Shown: piece by piece, positions 7,252 through 16,209 of the stretch
How positions within the stretch are numbered: the stretch's first letter is position 1
Layout of the letters: the number at the start of each line of letters is the position of its first letter
From: Allosphingosinicella sp.
GTDB taxonomy: Bacteria; Pseudomonadota; Alphaproteobacteria; Sphingomonadales; Sphingomonadaceae
Length of the DNA: 64,000 nt
Assembly: GCA_036389345.1 (NCBI GenBank)
Contig: DASVQD010000030.1
Location: 19,118-83,117 of the forward strand
Direction of reading: 5' to 3'
Notes under the pieces: generated by a model
What the model saw: the letters and a program-made list of their open reading frames with translations, nothing else
What the model was told of the DNA's origin: nothing
Databases searched by the model: none
Translations under genes and position numbers: made by a program

Positions 7252-8079
7252 TCAGGCCCTCCGCCGGGCCGAAGCGATCGGCACCACGCCCTCGCTGTCG
7301 GACTCCATCAGCCACGGCGCCAGCTCCCACCCTTCCATCGCCCGGGCGATGAAAAAGCCCTGGGCATGGTCGCAGCCGAGTTCCCCGAGCAGGGCCAGGG
7401 TTTCGGCATCCTCCACCCCTTCCGCGGTCGCGGAGAGGCCGAGGCCGTGGGCGAGGTCGATCACCGCCTTGACGATGAGCCGCGATTCGCGCGAGCGCAC
7501 CGCCTCGCCGACGAAGCATTGATCGACCTTGAGCTCGTTATAGGGCAGCTGGCGGAGCTGGAGCAGTGAGGAATAACCCGTACCGAAATCGTCGAGCGCG
7601 AGGCTCATCCCCTTCAGCCGGAACCGGGTCAGGGTATCGAGCAGCCGGACGAGATGCTGGGTCGCGCCTTCCGTCACCTCGATCGTCAGGCACCCGGCCG
7701 GAACGCCCTCGTTCTGGCAGAGCCGATGGAGATAATCGGGAAAATAGACGTCGCGAAGGCTCAGCGCCGAGACGTTGAAGGCGATGCTGGTCCGAAGCCC
7801 CTGCTCGCTCCACGTCACCCATTGCTTGAGCCCGCGCCTCAGCACCCAGTCGGTCAGCTCGTCGATCAGCCCGTATCGCTCGGCAAGCGGGACGAAGGCC
7901 GAGGGCTCGACCATTCCCAGGGTCCGGTGCGGCCAGCGCACGAGCGCTTCCACTCCGACCAGCCGGTCGTCCGCCACCGAGACCTTCGGCTGGTAGAGAA
8001 GCGACAGCTCGTCCCGCTCAACCGCCAGGTGAAGCTCGGTGACCAGCTCCGCTTCAGAAGCCGATGCAGCCCGCATCAT
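7252..8079 (-). CDS. EAL-domain c-di-GMP phosphodiesterase
   Basis: Motifs LLYQPKV, GVEALVRW, IEVTEG, LDDFGTGYSSL, KVDQCF, AEGVE and QGFF are all present. Confidence 0.85.
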   Translation of the reverse strand: MMRAASASEAELVTELHLAVERDELSLLYQPKVSVADDRLVGVEALVRWPHRTLGMVEPSAFVPLAERYGLIDELTDWVLRRGLKQWVTWSEQGLRTSIAFNVSALSLRDVYFPDYLHRLCQNEGVPAGCLTIEVTEGATQHLVRLLDTLTRFRLKGMSLALDDFGTGYSSLLQLRQLPYNELKVDQCFVGEAVRSRESRLIVKAVIDLAHGLGLSATAEGVEDAETLALLGELGCDHAQGFFIARAMEGWELAPWLMESDSEGVVPIASARRRA

Positions 8080-8509
8080 ACGCCTCCCGTCCCTGCATCG
8101 CGTCCATCAGCTGCTGGATCCGCACCGGCTTCTGGAGCGGGCCGGCCATCCTGAGGCCGAGCGCCGATCCAAGGCGCATCGCCGCCTCGAGCACCCGCTC
8201 GTCGAAGCCGCTGATCGGAAGGACCAAGGCCGAGCTCTTCTCCTCGGCGAGGAAGCGCAGGAGCTCCACCCCGTCGCTCCGCGGCAAGGCGAGGTCGAGC
8301 ACGACGACCTCCGGGTCGCAGGCCTGATACTGGCTCCTGAAGCTCTCCGCGGTGACGGTGATGATCGCCTCGTAACCGCATTCCTCGGCGGCGTGAGCGA
8401 TGAACCGGGCGACCGAGAGCTCGTCGTCGATCAGCAGCAGCCGCCGCCGGGTCGCGGGCTGGCGAATCAGCGGTCGAATCCCGGGCTGGGGGAGGAGCGG
8501 CTCAGTCAT
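8054..8509 (-). CDS. response-regulator receiver (REC) domain protein
   Basis: RRLLLIDDE...VVVLDLALPRSDG...LPISGF...LQKP. The likely start is the ATG at 8509. The 3' end overlaps the EAL ORF by 26 nt in a different frame. Confidence 0.8.
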   Translation of the reverse strand: MTEPLLPQPGIRPLIRQPATRRRLLLIDDELSVARFIAHAAEECGYEAIITVTAESFRSQYQACDPEVVVLDLALPRSDGVELLRFLAEEKSSALVLPISGFDERVLEAAMRLGSALGLRMAGPLQKPVRIQQLMDAMQGREAYDAGCIGF

Positions 8510-8660
8510 TGCGGCGGGACTCGCGGCGATCGGCCATCTCGGCCTCCTTTGCTTCGCCCCCCACTTGAGACGACTCAACACCGGCAAAGGTTAAGGAAGT
8601 GCTAAGAGGCGGGGTTGACGATCGGTTAAGGCGGCGAGGCGTTGAGCGGGGCCGACGAAT

Positions 8661-8742
8661 GACGTCATCCCGGCGAAAGCCGGGACCTCGGGAGACCCGC
8701 CGAGACTTCTTGTCCTGAGGTCCGCTTGCGCCGGGATGACGC
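8661..8742. repeat. REP-like element, family A
   Basis: gacgtcatcccggcgaaagccgggacc ... ggtccgcttgcgccgggatgacgc. Confidence 0.9.
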
Positions 8743-8769
8743 TAGAGCTTGTCGCCTCGAGGTAGAATC

Positions 8770-8855
8770 GTCACCCCGGACTTGATCCGGGGTCCACCTT
8801 CTTTCCATGGCGCCGTGAGAAAGAAGGTGGATGCCGGATCAAGTCCGGCATGACG
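8770..8855. repeat. REP-like element, family A variant (CCGGACTTGATCCGG arms)
   Basis: gtcaccccggacttgatccggggtcc ... ggatgccggatcaagtccggcatgac. Confidence 0.85.
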
Positions 8856-8890
8856 GAAAATGCATCGCTCCGACTTCAAAAGGATAAGCT

Positions 8891-9661
8891 CTAGGCGGCC
8901 GGCGGCTCCGCGGCCGCGTCCTTGGCCCGCTTGCGCTCGGTGAACCAGATCGCGATCAGCGACAGCTCGTAGAGCGCCCACAGCGGTATCGCGAGGAGGA
9001 GCTGGGAGACCACATCGGGCGGAGTCAGCACCGCCGCCACCGCGAAGGCCCCCACGATCGCGTAGCGCCGGCCGCTCTTCAGCTGGGCGCGAGTCACCAG
9101 GCCCGCCCGCTCGAGCAGCATGAGAAGCACCGGAAGGAGGAAGGCGACCCCGAAGCCGAAGATGAAGCGGGTGATGAAATCGAGGTAATTGCCGATTCCG
9201 GGCAGCGCCGTCAGGGTCACCCCGCCGACATTCCCCTGGTAGCTCAGCAGCCAGTGGAGCGCGACCGGCACCGCGAAATAATAAGCCAGCGCCGCTCCGG
9301 TGAGGAAAAGCACCGGAGTCAGCATCAGGAACGGAAGGAAGGCGCGCTTCTCCTTCGCGTAGAGGCCGGGGGCGACGAAGCGCCAGATCTGGGCGGCGAT
9401 GACGGGAAAGGAGATCATCAGGGCCGCGAAGAAGGCGACCTTCACGTCGACGAAGAAAGCCTCGAAGATGTTGGTGTAGACGAGCCCAAGCCCGTCGCCG
9501 GACCTCAGCAGCGGCTGGGCGAGGAAGCCGAAGATCGGCCTTGCGAAATAGAGGCAGACTCCGAAAGCGGCGGCGAGAGCGGCGAGGCTCCACAGCAGGC
9601 GGCGGCGGAGCTCGACCAGATGCTCCATGAGCGGAGCCCGGGTCTCGTCCAGCTCGCTCAC
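8891..9661 (-). CDS. tatC: twin-arginine translocase subunit TatC
   Basis: A 256-aa polytopic membrane protein. PLMEHLVELRRRLLWS is a TatC N-terminal motif. It follows tatA and tatB. Confidence 0.95.
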   Translation of the reverse strand: MSELDETRAPLMEHLVELRRRLLWSLAALAAAFGVCLYFARPIFGFLAQPLLRSGDGLGLVYTNIFEAFFVDVKVAFFAALMISFPVIAAQIWRFVAPGLYAKEKRAFLPFLMLTPVLFLTGAALAYYFAVPVALHWLLSYQGNVGGVTLTALPGIGNYLDFITRFIFGFGVAFLLPVLLMLLERAGLVTRAQLKSGRRYAIVGAFAVAAVLTPPDVVSQLLLAIPLWALYELSLIAIWFTERKRAKDAAAEPPAA

Positions 9662-10011
9662 GGCCGCTCTCCCGGCTTGTCCGGGTGCACCGGCGGCGGC
9701 GGCTCCGGGTCGTTCACGGGCGGCGCAAGCTCGGCCGGGGCGCCGAGCGACTCGGGATCGGCGAGCGGCGCCGCGAATGGATGGTCCCTCAGGATCCGCT
9801 CATTCTCCTCTTTCCACTTCTTCTCCATCTCCTCGAGCTCCGACTCGCGGATCATGGTGTCGATCCCGGAGCGGAAGTGGCGGGCCATTCCGCGGGCGCG
9901 GCCGACCCATTGGCCGACGACGCGCATGACTCGCGGCAGGTCCTTCGGGCCGATCACCACCAAAGCGACGACGGCGACGATCAGGAACTCGGAGGTGTCG
10001 ACCCCGAACAT
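9658..10011 (-). CDS. tatB: twin-arginine translocase subunit TatB
   Basis: MFGVDTSEFLIVAVVALVVIGPKDLPRVMR... The gene overlaps tatC by 4 nt. Confidence 0.9.
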   Translation of the reverse strand: MFGVDTSEFLIVAVVALVVIGPKDLPRVMRVVGQWVGRARGMARHFRSGIDTMIRESELEEMEKKWKEENERILRDHPFAAPLADPESLGAPAELAPPVNDPEPPPPVHPDKPGERP

Positions 10012-10041
10012 CTTGCGCGGTGGTCCCGGCCGCTCTTCGGA

Positions 10042-10305
10042 TCAGGGCTCGCGGCGATCGAGGTCGCGAACCGGCGCCGGCTCGCGGGGCAGGTCGGACG
10101 CCGGGTCGGCGCGGTCGTCGCGCAACCGGCGCTGCTCCTCGGCCCGGACGGTCGCCGCCGCCTCATCGTCCTCGCTCATGCCCTTCTTGAAGCTCTTCAG
10201 CCCCTTGGCGACGTCGCCCATCATGTCGGAGAAGCGGCCCTTGCCGAACAGGAGCAGGATGATCACTCCGACCACCAGCCAGTGCCAAATGCTCAACCCG
10301 CCCAT
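10042..10305 (-). CDS. tatA: twin-arginine translocase subunit TatA
   Basis: [43 protein letters not shown]. Confidence 0.9.
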   Translation of the reverse strand: MGGLSIWHWLVVGVIILLLFGKGRFSDMMGDVAKGLKSFKKGMSEDDEAAATVRAEEQRRLRDDRADPASDLPREPAPVRDLDRREP

Positions 10306-10327
10306 GATTCGTCTCCAATGCCTGGTG

Positions 10328-10411
10328 CCGTCATCCCGGCGAAAGCCGGGACCTCAGGCGAGAAGGACACGGTCCTTCCCATCGAGACCTCGGCTTCCGC
10401 CGGGGTGACGG
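10328..10411. repeat. REP-like element, family A
   Basis: ccgtcatcccggcgaaagccgggacc ... cctcggcttccgccggggtgacgg. Confidence 0.85.
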
Positions 10412-10418
10412 GAGCTAC

Positions 10419-10997
10419 CTAGTCCTCCTCCGCCTCACTTTCCATCCCTTCGAGCCCAAGCTGCTCCATCGCGGCGTCGATCGGGTCGAGCAGACCGGCG
10501 GCCTTGAGGTCGTCGAGGCCAGGCAAATCGCGCCGGCTCGCGAGGCCGAAATGGGCGAGGAAGCCGGGCGTGGTGGCGTAGATTAGCGGCCGTCCGGGGG
10601 CCTCTCGACGTCCCGCCGGCCTTACCCAGCCGGCTTCCATCAGCACGTCGAGCGTTCCCTTCGAGATCTGGACTCCGCGGATCGCCTCGATCTCGGCCCG
10701 GCTGACCGGCTCGTGATAGGCGACGATCACCAGGGTCTCGACCGCGGCCCGAGACAGCTTGCGGGTCTCGTCGCGCTCGCGCCTGAGGATGAAGGCGAGA
10801 TCGGGGGCGGTCTGGAAATGCCAGCGCCCGCCGCGCTCGACCAGCTCGATCCCGCGCCCGTCATAATGGCGGACAAGCGCCCCGAGGGCGGAAGCGATGT
10901 CGACCTCCGGCCCGACATGAGCGGCGATATCCTCCACGCTCATCGGCGCCTCGGCCGCGAACAGCACTGCCTCGACGGCGCGAAGGCTGTCCTCCAT
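10419..10997 (-). CDS. scpB: segregation and condensation protein B
   Basis: MEDSLRAVEAVLFAAEAPMSVEDIAAHV...SRAAVETLVIVAYHEPVSRAEIEAIRGV. The ATG at 10997 lies just after the scpA stop. Confidence 0.9.
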   Translation of the reverse strand: MEDSLRAVEAVLFAAEAPMSVEDIAAHVGPEVDIASALGALVRHYDGRGIELVERGGRWHFQTAPDLAFILRRERDETRKLSRAAVETLVIVAYHEPVSRAEIEAIRGVQISKGTLDVLMEAGWVRPAGRREAPGRPLIYATTPGFLAHFGLASRRDLPGLDDLKAAGLLDPIDAAMEQLGLEGMESEAEED

Positions 10998-11002
10998 CCC
11001 GG

Positions 11003-11773
11003 TCACGCCGCCCGGATGAAAAGGGGCTCGAAAGCCCCCTTCTGCTCGAGCTGCACCTTGCCCTTGCGGGCGAGCTCGAGCGCAGCGACGAAGCTCGAGG
11101 CCAAAGCGGACTTCCTGAACTCGCCGTCCTGGGTCTCGGGGAGGAAGTCCTCGATCCGGGTCCATTCAAGCCTCGTGCCGAGCATCCGCTCGACCCGGGC
11201 CAGCGCCTCCTCCAGCGTCATCACCGGACGCCGGGCGACGACGTGGAAGGCCGGCTCGCTTCTCGCCCGCACCGAGCCGTAGGCCGCGATCAGGTCGTAA
11301 AGCCCGGCCTGCCACAGCGACCGGCGGGCCACCCGGAGCCCTTCTGGAGTGCCCCGCGGGAAGACGTCCCGTCCAAGCCTGTCTCTGCCGAGCAGCCGGG
11401 CCCCGGCCTCGCGCATCGCCGCAAGCCTCTGGAGCCTCAGCTGAAGCCGCATCGCAAGCGCCTCCGGGCTCGGATCGGCTTCCTGCTCGCGCGGGAGAAG
11501 AAGGCAGGATTTGAGGTAGGCCAGCCAGGCCGCCATGACGAGATAATCGGCCGCGATCTCGAGCTTGAGCTTCTTCGCGTCGGCGATGAAGGCGAGATAT
11601 TGCTCGACGAGGGCCAGGATCGAGATCTTCGCCAGGTCCACCTTCTGCGAGCGCGCCAGGGTCAGAAGCAGGTCGAGCGGCCCCTCCCACCCGTCCAGGT
11701 CCAGGGTGAGCCGGTCGGCCTCCCGGACCGGCGCCGGCGAGTCGAACTCGTCGAAGGCTGCCTCCTCGCTCAT
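11003..11773 (-). CDS. scpA: segregation and condensation protein A
   Basis: LDLDGWEGPLDLLLTLARSQKVDLAKISILALVEQYL is a ScpA motif. Confidence 0.9.
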   Translation of the reverse strand: MSEEAAFDEFDSPAPVREADRLTLDLDGWEGPLDLLLTLARSQKVDLAKISILALVEQYLAFIADAKKLKLEIAADYLVMAAWLAYLKSCLLLPREQEADPSPEALAMRLQLRLQRLAAMREAGARLLGRDRLGRDVFPRGTPEGLRVARRSLWQAGLYDLIAAYGSVRARSEPAFHVVARRPVMTLEEALARVERMLGTRLEWTRIEDFLPETQDGEFRKSALASSFVAALELARKGKVQLEQKGAFEPLFIRAA

Positions 11774-11900
11774 CGTCGCAGGTTAGGGCGGCCGCCCGCC
11801 GAAGCGAAGGGGATCGCTCCATTTATACACAGCATTTTTTTGGCCTTGCGGGCCGGAGCGCTGATGATACAAAATATCCACAATAAAGACAGGGAGAGCC

Positions 11901-13862
11901 ATGCGTAACACTCTGCTCCTCGCCTCCGGCCTGCTCGCTCTCTCCCTCGCCGGTCCCGGCTTCGCTCAGCCCGCTCCCAAGGGAGCAAGCAAGCCGCGCG
12001 GCAGCCTCACCGCGTTCCGCTCCGATTCGGAGCTCCGCTCCTACCTTCGCCGGCTGAAGCGCCAGGAAGAGGCCGAGCCGCCGATCCCGATCCCGATGCC
12101 GGCGCCCGAGCCCATGCCGATGTACGCACCTCCGCCCCCGCCGCCGCCCGGGGCTCCGGCCGCAAGCAGCATCACGGTCACAGGATCGCAGATCGCGGCG
12201 CCGAATCTCGGAAGCGTCTCGCCCGTCGCAAGCATCACCAACAACCAGGAGGCCAATGTCGACGAGGGCGATATCGTCAAGGTACGGGGCGACACGCTCG
12301 TCATCCTTCGCCGCGGCCGGCTGTTCACCGTCTCGCTCGCCGGCGGGGCGATGCGCCCGGTCGACATGATCGACGCCTTCCCGCCGGGAGTCTCTGGGCG
12401 GGGCGACTGGTATGACGAGATGCTGATCTCGGGCGACCGGGTCATCGTCGTCGGTTATTCCTACGACCGCGGCGGCACCGAGATAAACCGCTTCCGGCTC
12501 GACCCGGCCGGGCGGATCCGCTTCGAGGACGCCTGGCACCTCAAGTCCAACGATTATTATTCGTCGCGCAACTACGCATCGCGGCTGATCGGCAACCGGC
12601 TGGTCTTCTACACGCCGCTGGACCTGGACTGGGAGGACGATTGGTTCGAAGTGCTTCCAGGAGTCCGCCGGTGGCGGGCCGGCCAAGACGCCGAGAAGCG
12701 CAAGTTCAAGCGGATTGCCCCCGCCGGCCGGGTGTTCATCGCCCCCGTCATGCGCAACTCGAAAGATGCGATCGTCAACACGCTGCACAGCGTCACCAGC
12801 TGCGACCTCACCGCCGCCGATCTCGGCTGCTCGGCGACCGCGGTGCTCGGGCCGGAATCGCGCACCTTCTACGTCTCGGCCCAAGGCGTCTACCTTTGGG
12901 TCACCGACGCCTGGCAGTCGGCGCGCCCGGAAAGCTATCTCTACCGCCTTCCCTTCGGGAGAGAGCGCCCGTCGGCCACCGCCGCCCGCGGAGTCCCCGT
13001 CGATCAATTCTCCTTCCGCGAGGATCCGTCGGAAGGTCTCCTCAACGTCCTCGTGCGGAGCGACGGCGGCGGCGACGCGATGTTCGCGCCCGAGGCGAAC
13101 GGCCCCGGCGGAGTGGCGCTGCTTCGGGTCCGCTTCTCCGATTTCGGCGACGCTTCGCGGCAACTGCCCCGGGCGCGCTACCGCTTCCTCCCCTCGGTGG
13201 CCGGCCCGTTCCACAACCGCTTCGCCGGCGGCTATGTGCTCTACGGAGGAAGCGGCTATGACGGGACGGCCGACACTCCCAACCTGGTCGCCGCGCGGCT
13301 TCGCGACGGTGACGTTACCCGGCTCTCGATCCCCCATTCGGTCGACCGGATCGATCTCCTCGGCCGCGACGCGATGGTCATCGGCGGGGCCCGGCGCGGC
13401 CTCGGCTTCTCGACGGTCGATCTCGCCGGCGGGACTCCCGAGCTCGGCGACCGCTACGTCCATCCCGATTCGGCGGAAGGGGAGAGCCGAAGCCACGCCT
13501 TCTTCTTCAGCCCCGATCCCGGAGCGCCCGACGGCGCCTCCGGCACGGTCGGGCTGCCCGTTGCCAAGCGCGCCGACCCGGCTTTGGCCCGCTTCTTCGG
13601 AAGCTCGGCGGCGATGGTCTTCCTCCGGCGCGACGACCGCCGGCTCGCCCCGGCCGGCGAGCTCGACGCGCTGACGAAAGGGATCGTCGACGACGCTTGC
13701 CAGGCGAGCTGCGTCGACTGGTACGGCAACGCCCGCCCGATCTTCTGGGGCGGCCGGACCTTCGCCCTGCTGGGCTACGAGCTGGTCGAAGGCGCCCTGG
13801 CGCAGGGCCGGATCCGCGAAGTCGGCCGAATCAGCTTCGCGCCCGGGGCTCGCCGGCAATAA
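11901..13862 (+). CDS. secreted beta-propeller domain protein (COG4880 / Beta_propel-like)
   Basis: Signal peptide MRNTLLLASGLLALSLAGPGFAQP, then a Pro-rich linker. The motif NNQEANVDEGDIVKVRGDTLVIL matches the N-x-Q-E-x-G-V-D-E-x-D-I-V-K signature of this family. The domain assignment is from memory. Confidence 0.75.
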   Translation: MRNTLLLASGLLALSLAGPGFAQPAPKGASKPRGSLTAFRSDSELRSYLRRLKRQEEAEPPIPIPMPAPEPMPMYAPPPPPPPGAPAASSITVTGSQIAAPNLGSVSPVASITNNQEANVDEGDIVKVRGDTLVILRRGRLFTVSLAGGAMRPVDMIDAFPPGVSGRGDWYDEMLISGDRVIVVGYSYDRGGTEINRFRLDPAGRIRFEDAWHLKSNDYYSSRNYASRLIGNRLVFYTPLDLDWEDDWFEVLPGVRRWRAGQDAEKRKFKRIAPAGRVFIAPVMRNSKDAIVNTLHSVTSCDLTAADLGCSATAVLGPESRTFYVSAQGVYLWVTDAWQSARPESYLYRLPFGRERPSATAARGVPVDQFSFREDPSEGLLNVLVRSDGGGDAMFAPEANGPGGVALLRVRFSDFGDASRQLPRARYRFLPSVAGPFHNRFAGGYVLYGGSGYDGTADTPNLVAARLRDGDVTRLSIPHSVDRIDLLGRDAMVIGGARRGLGFSTVDLAGGTPELGDRYVHPDSAEGESRSHAFFFSPDPGAPDGASGTVGLPVAKRADPALARFFGSSAAMVFLRRDDRRLAPAGELDALTKGIVDDACQASCVDWYGNARPIFWGGRTFALLGYELVEGALAQGRIREVGRISFAPGARRQ

Positions 13863-13869
13863 CATCGCT

Positions 13870-13998
13870 CGTCGTCCCAGCGAAGGCTGGGACCCCGGGG
13901 GGTGAAGAGCGCCGGGTCCTTCACCCGCCGGGGCCGCAGCCTCCGCTGGGGCGACGGGTTACTTCGCCCCGAGATCCCGGCTTCCGCCGGGATGACGG
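13870..13998. repeat. REP-like elements, family A (one full copy plus one half copy)
   Basis: cgtcgtcccagcgaaggctggga ... ccgcagcctccgctggggcgacg, followed by gagatcccggcttccgccgggatgacgg. Confidence 0.9.
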
Positions 13999-14034
13999 TT
14001 GTTTGCCGCGCCTTCGACTCCTAGACGCGGACCC

Positions 14035-14571
14035 ATGCTCGGCCCCACCCTTGAAACCCCCCGCCTGATCCTTCGCCCGCCCGAAGAGGGCGACCTCGAC
14101 GGCTTCGCCGCGCTGATGGCGGACGAGGAAGCCGCTCGCTTCATCGGCGGGCAGGAAGGCCGCTCGGGCGCCTGGCGGGGAATGGCGGCGATGGCCGGAA
14201 GCTGGGCGCTTCGCGGCTACGGGATGTTCTCGGTCGTCGAGAAAGCGAGCGGCCGCTGGGTCGGGCGGGTCGGCCCCTGGCAGCCCGAAGGCTGGCCGGG
14301 CGCGGAAGTGGGCTGGGGCCTGGAGCGCTCGGCCTGGGGCAAGGGCTATGCGACCGAGAGCGCGGCCGCGGCCATCGAATGGGCGTTCGAGACCCTGGGC
14401 TGGGACGACGTGATCCACTGCATCGCCCCCGCCAACCGCCCGTCCGCCCGGGTCGCCGAGCGCCTCGGCTCGACCTGGCGTGGAAGCGACTATCTGCCCG
14501 CCCCGTTCGACAGCGAGCCGATCGACATCTGGGGCCAGAGCCGGGCGCAGTGGCGGGGACGCCGCGGCTAG
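14035..14571 (+). CDS. GNAT family N-acetyltransferase (RimJ/RimL-like)
   Basis: LETPRLILRPPEEGDLDGFAALMADEEAARFIGG...VGWGLERSAWGKGYATESAAAAIEWAF. Confidence 0.85.
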   Translation: MLGPTLETPRLILRPPEEGDLDGFAALMADEEAARFIGGQEGRSGAWRGMAAMAGSWALRGYGMFSVVEKASGRWVGRVGPWQPEGWPGAEVGWGLERSAWGKGYATESAAAAIEWAFETLGWDDVIHCIAPANRPSARVAERLGSTWRGSDYLPAPFDSEPIDIWGQSRAQWRGRRG

Positions 14572-14604
14572 AGCTGCAGCGAGTCCATGCCAAGGCGCCC
14601 TTTA

Positions 14605-14746
14605 CTCCTCTCCCGTCCTTACGGGAGAGGAGGGGCCAAGCCGAAGGCTTGGGAGGTGAGGGTCTTGCTTAGCCCGGAGTACAGACCCTCACCTCCCACC
14701 CGCTGCGCGGGCGGGCGCCTCCTCTCCCGCGAAAAGCGGGAGGGGA
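14605..14746. repeat. cluster of three short palindromes, family C-like (CTCCTCTCCC / GGGAGAGGAG)
   Basis: ctcctctcccgtccttacgggagaggagg at 14605-14633; gggaggtgagggtc...gaccctcacctccc at 14651-14698; cctcctctcccgcgaaaagcgggagggg at 14719-14746. Confidence 0.8.
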
Positions 14747-14927
14747 TTGCCGTGAAGTGCCGTTCCTATCGAATCTCACAATTTCAAAGAGCCGTTGCCG
14801 GGTTCGCGACTCGGCATGAGAACAATATAGGAACCCGAGGTCCGGATTCTCCTACAGAAAGATCCATTTCGGAAGTTGCGCTCCTTCCGCCCACCGCCGC
14901 GGCTCGGCCGAAGTCCAGCAAGATCGG

Positions 14928-15049
14928 TTCGCACAAAGGCACGAAGGCACGAGGCCGCTTGAGCGGGATTCAGCTGCTGCATCTTCTCGAATCAGCCACC
15001 GACAGAATCCGCCAGGCTGATCCTTCGTGCCTTCGTGCCTTTGTGCGAA
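14928..15049. repeat. long inverted repeat (about 27-nt arms, about 67-nt spacer)
   Basis: ttcgcacaaaggcacgaaggcacgagg (14928-14954) pairs with ccttcgtgccttcgtgcctttgtgcgaa (15022-15049). Confidence 0.85.
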
Positions 15050-15080
15050 ACAATTCTTTTCTACCGGGTTCGCCGGCGCT

Positions 15081-16094
15081 TCACGCCAGGGCGAGCAGCC
15101 GGTCCCGTTTCTCCGCGAGCTCGGAATAATCGGCCACGCGTCGTGCCCGCGCGATTCCAGCCATCGCCCGCTCCAGCCGCTCACGGCCGAGGCCGCTCAA
15201 GGGGCCGACCGCGCTCGCCACGGCGATCATCTCGTCCATCTTCCCCGAGCAATGCAGCACCGCGTCGGTCCCGGCCTCGATCACGCCTCGGGCGCGCTCG
15301 TCGAAGCCGCCGCCGAGCGCGTTCATCCCGATATCGTCCGACATCAGGAAACCGTCGAATCCGATGTCGCCCCGGATCACCTCGCCGATCACGATCGGCG
15401 ACTGGCTCCCTGGCCGATCGGGATCCCAGGCGGTGTAGACGCAGTGGCAGGTCATTCCCATCGGCGCCGAGGACAAGGTCCGGAACGGCTCGACGTCGAT
15501 CTCCAGTTCCTCGGCCGAGGCCCGGACGACCGGCAGCTCCTCATGGCTGTCCACCAGCGCCCGGCCGTGGCCCGGCATGTGCTTGATCACGCCAACCACT
15601 CCGCCCGCGGCCAGCCCGTCGAGCGACGCCCGACCGAGCGCCGCCACCTGCATCGGCTCGGAGCCGAGCGCCCGGTCGCCGACGATGTCGGTGGCGCCGG
15701 GCTGGCGGACGTCGAGCACCGGGAGGCAGTCGACGGTCACCCCGACCTCGCGCAGCAGCACGGCGATCGCCGCCGCATTGGCCCGAAGCGCCTCGATGGC
15801 GCTCATCGGCGCCTTCTCGTAAAGCCGTGCGAACGCCCCTCCGGCGGGAAAGGCAGGCCATTGGGGCGGCCGCATCCGGGCCACCCGGCCGCCTTCCTGG
15901 TCGATCAGGATAGGCAGGTCGCCGCGGCCATGAAGCCCGCGCAGATCGTCCGTGAGAGCGCGAAGCTGCTCCCGGGATTCGATGTTCCGGCGAAAGACTA
16001 TGTAGCCGACGGGGTCGGCGTCGCGGAAGAAAGCCCGTTCGTCGGGCGTGAGCTCGAGCCCCGAGGGCGCATAGATGGCGGCTTGCATTGGCAA
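15081..16094 (-). CDS. nagZ: beta-N-acetylhexosaminidase NagZ (GH3)
   Basis: ILIDQEGGRVARM...GVIKHMPGHGRALVDSHEELP...FLMSDDIGM. Confidence 0.9.
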   Translation of the reverse strand: MPMQAAIYAPSGLELTPDERAFFRDADPVGYIVFRRNIESREQLRALTDDLRGLHGRGDLPILIDQEGGRVARMRPPQWPAFPAGGAFARLYEKAPMSAIEALRANAAAIAVLLREVGVTVDCLPVLDVRQPGATDIVGDRALGSEPMQVAALGRASLDGLAAGGVVGVIKHMPGHGRALVDSHEELPVVRASAEELEIDVEPFRTLSSAPMGMTCHCVYTAWDPDRPGSQSPIVIGEVIRGDIGFDGFLMSDDIGMNALGGGFDERARGVIEAGTDAVLHCSGKMDEMIAVASAVGPLSGLGRERLERAMAGIARARRVADYSELAEKRDRLLALA

Positions 16095-16117
16095 GTCGTA
16101 GCGAGTCCCGCCACTCC

Positions 16118-16205
16118 CGTCATCCCGGCGAAGGCCGGGATCCCAGGGGGTGAAAGGCGCTGGCGGTCTTCACCCGCCGGGGCCCCAGCCTTCGCTGGGG
16201 CGACG
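16118..16205. repeat. REP-like element, family A
   Basis: cgtcatcccggcgaaggccgggatc ... ggccccagccttcgctggggcgacg. Confidence 0.9.
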
Positions 16206-16209
16206 AGAC

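Noticed and set aside
11823-13865. 680-aa minus-strand ORF
   Set aside because: It is antisense to the beta-propeller gene. Arg/Gly/Asp-rich composition, no motifs and no RBS.
14750-14930. Possible tRNA or small RNA in the lower-GC stretch
   Set aside because: No cloverleaf arms or T-loop consensus (GTTCGAATC-like) are present, and no promoter or terminator was recognisable.
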